Assembly (NCBI GenBank): GCA_036267955.1
Contig: DATAVB010000161.1
Span: 36,095-60,094, forward strand
Length of the DNA stretch: 24,000 nucleotides
Direction: 5' to 3'
From: Mycobacteriales bacterium
GTDB lineage: Bacteria > Actinomycetota > Actinomycetes > Mycobacteriales > QHCD01
The notes under the pieces were generated by a model. That model ran no database searches. It was not told where the DNA came from and was given only the letters and a program-made list of their open reading frames with translations. Below, piece after piece: positions 23,076-24,000 of this stretch (the first letter of the stretch is position 1; every line of letters begins with the position of its first letter). Position numbers and translations under genes: made by a program.

Positions 23076-24000
23076 GTGTTTGGAGTCTCCGTCATCTCCT
23101 GGGGTTTCATCGCCGCGTTGGTAGTGGCCGCGGTGATCGCCTGGGTCGGATGGCGGCTGTTGAAGCGGCGTCGTTATCGGACGGCCGCGACTATCGTGCT
23201 GTCCGTCGCGATCGTGCTGAGCACCGCCGGAGCCGCGACCGGGGTCAACCGTTACTTCTCTTACCTGCCGCGATTCGGCGACGTCGTCAGCGTGGTCGAC
23301 GGCAGCAGCTACTGGCCGACGTTCGAGAGCGTGGCCGCGTTGCCGCTGGCGCAGGCGGCCAAGCGTTACCCGCACGGTGCCACGGTCGAATTGAAGGTGC
23401 CGGACAACGGCAGCGGCTTCGGCACGCACGACGCGCTGACCTGGTTGCCGCCGCAGTACTTCACCGAGCCGCACCGACGTTTTCCGGTCGTCTATCTGAT
23501 CCACGGATCCCCCGGGGTGCCGGCAGACTGGTTCCGTGGCGGGCAGGCCGGGACGACCGCGGCAAAACTCGCGACGAAAGACGAACCGATGATCGTGGTG
23601 GCACCGAGAATGAGCCATAACTGGCTCGACGATCCGGAATGTGTCGACGGGAAAACGGAGAAGGTCGAGACGCATTTTCTGGACGACGTCATTCCGACCG
23701 TCGACACCGTGCTGCGTACGGTCGTGTCACGGAATGCCCGTGTCATAGGCGGAATGTCGGCCGGCGGATATTGTGCATTGAATCTCGGACTGCGGCACCG
23801 GAACCTTTTTGCCACGATCATCGACATGAGCGGATTCACCAAACCCACCCATGAGGGCGGGTTGGACGCGCTGTTCGGAAGTGGGCCGAAGGCAAAGGAG
23901 AAAGCGAAGGCGAACACACCCGAGACCTACGTACCCAAGATTCCGGTCACGCCACGGACCCGGATCTGGTTGGACTGCGGCACCTCCGATCACGAGGTGC
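23076..24000 (+). CDS. Membrane-anchored alpha/beta-hydrolase (esterase D / putative esterase family), 3' end outside the window
   Basis: Not in the supplied ORF track because no stop occurs before the window end. My translation from the GTG at 23076 (GGAGG 8 nt upstream; in-frame TGA at 23046) gives MFGVSVISWGFIAALVVAAVIAWVGWRLLKRRRY..(second TM)..FPVVYLIHGSPG...IGGMSAGGYCALNLGLRH. That is two N-terminal TM helices plus the GxSxG nucleophile elbow. Confidence 0.8.
   Translation, partial: MFGVSVISWGFIAALVVAAVIAWVGWRLLKRRRYRTAATIVLSVAIVLSTAGAATGVNRYFSYLPRFGDVVSVVDGSSYWPTFESVAALPLAQAAKRYPHGATVELKVPDNGSGFGTHDALTWLPPQYFTEPHRRFPVVYLIHGSPGVPADWFRGGQAGTTAAKLATKDEPMIVVAPRMSHNWLDDPECVDGKTEKVETHFLDDVIPTVDTVLRTVVSRNARVIGGMSAGGYCALNLGLRHRNLFATIIDMSGFTKPTHEGGLDALFGSGPKAKEKAKANTPETYVPKIPVTPRTRIWLDCGTSDHEV

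Overview
High-GC (about 70%) actinobacterial chromosomal DNA, densely coded, with no tRNA/rRNA genes, transposases, integrases or cas genes. Left to right: the 3' end of a peptide-type ABC importer operon (SBP fragment, two permeases, two ATPases); a convergent 3-hydroxyacyl-CoA dehydrogenase with a divergent IclR regulator; a DrrAB-like ABC-2 exporter; a convergent 1063-aa AfsR/SARP-type regulator (winged helix + BTAD + NB-ARC + TPR); a small secreted protein divergent from an OmpR-type two-component system; an Rpf-LysM muralytic gene behind a ydaO-type c-di-AMP riboswitch; a LysR regulator; a SAM-IV riboswitch in front of a class-V PLP enzyme; a Usp/MarR divergent pair; a YjbR-like gene; and an MprF-like aminoacyl-lipid synthase followed by a membrane-anchored esterase that runs off the window. 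The unexplained structure is all non-coding or repeat-based. (1) Four phased 41-bp units with a conserved palindromic core, plus an inverted fifth copy, sit directly upstream of the AfsR-like gene. (2) Two homologous ~65-bp palindromic elements at 7.25 kb and 19.7 kb share an identical apical 12-mer. (3) A C-rich 18-bp tandem repeat has strong G-quadruplex potential on the minus strand. (4) A helically phased CTGACAG motif cluster lies upstream of the exporter. (5) A perfect 12-bp x5 in-frame tandem repeat (TVND) sits inside the AfsR-like gene. I could not identify a multi-gene system that is clearly novel. All family calls come from motif recognition by eye, not from database searches.
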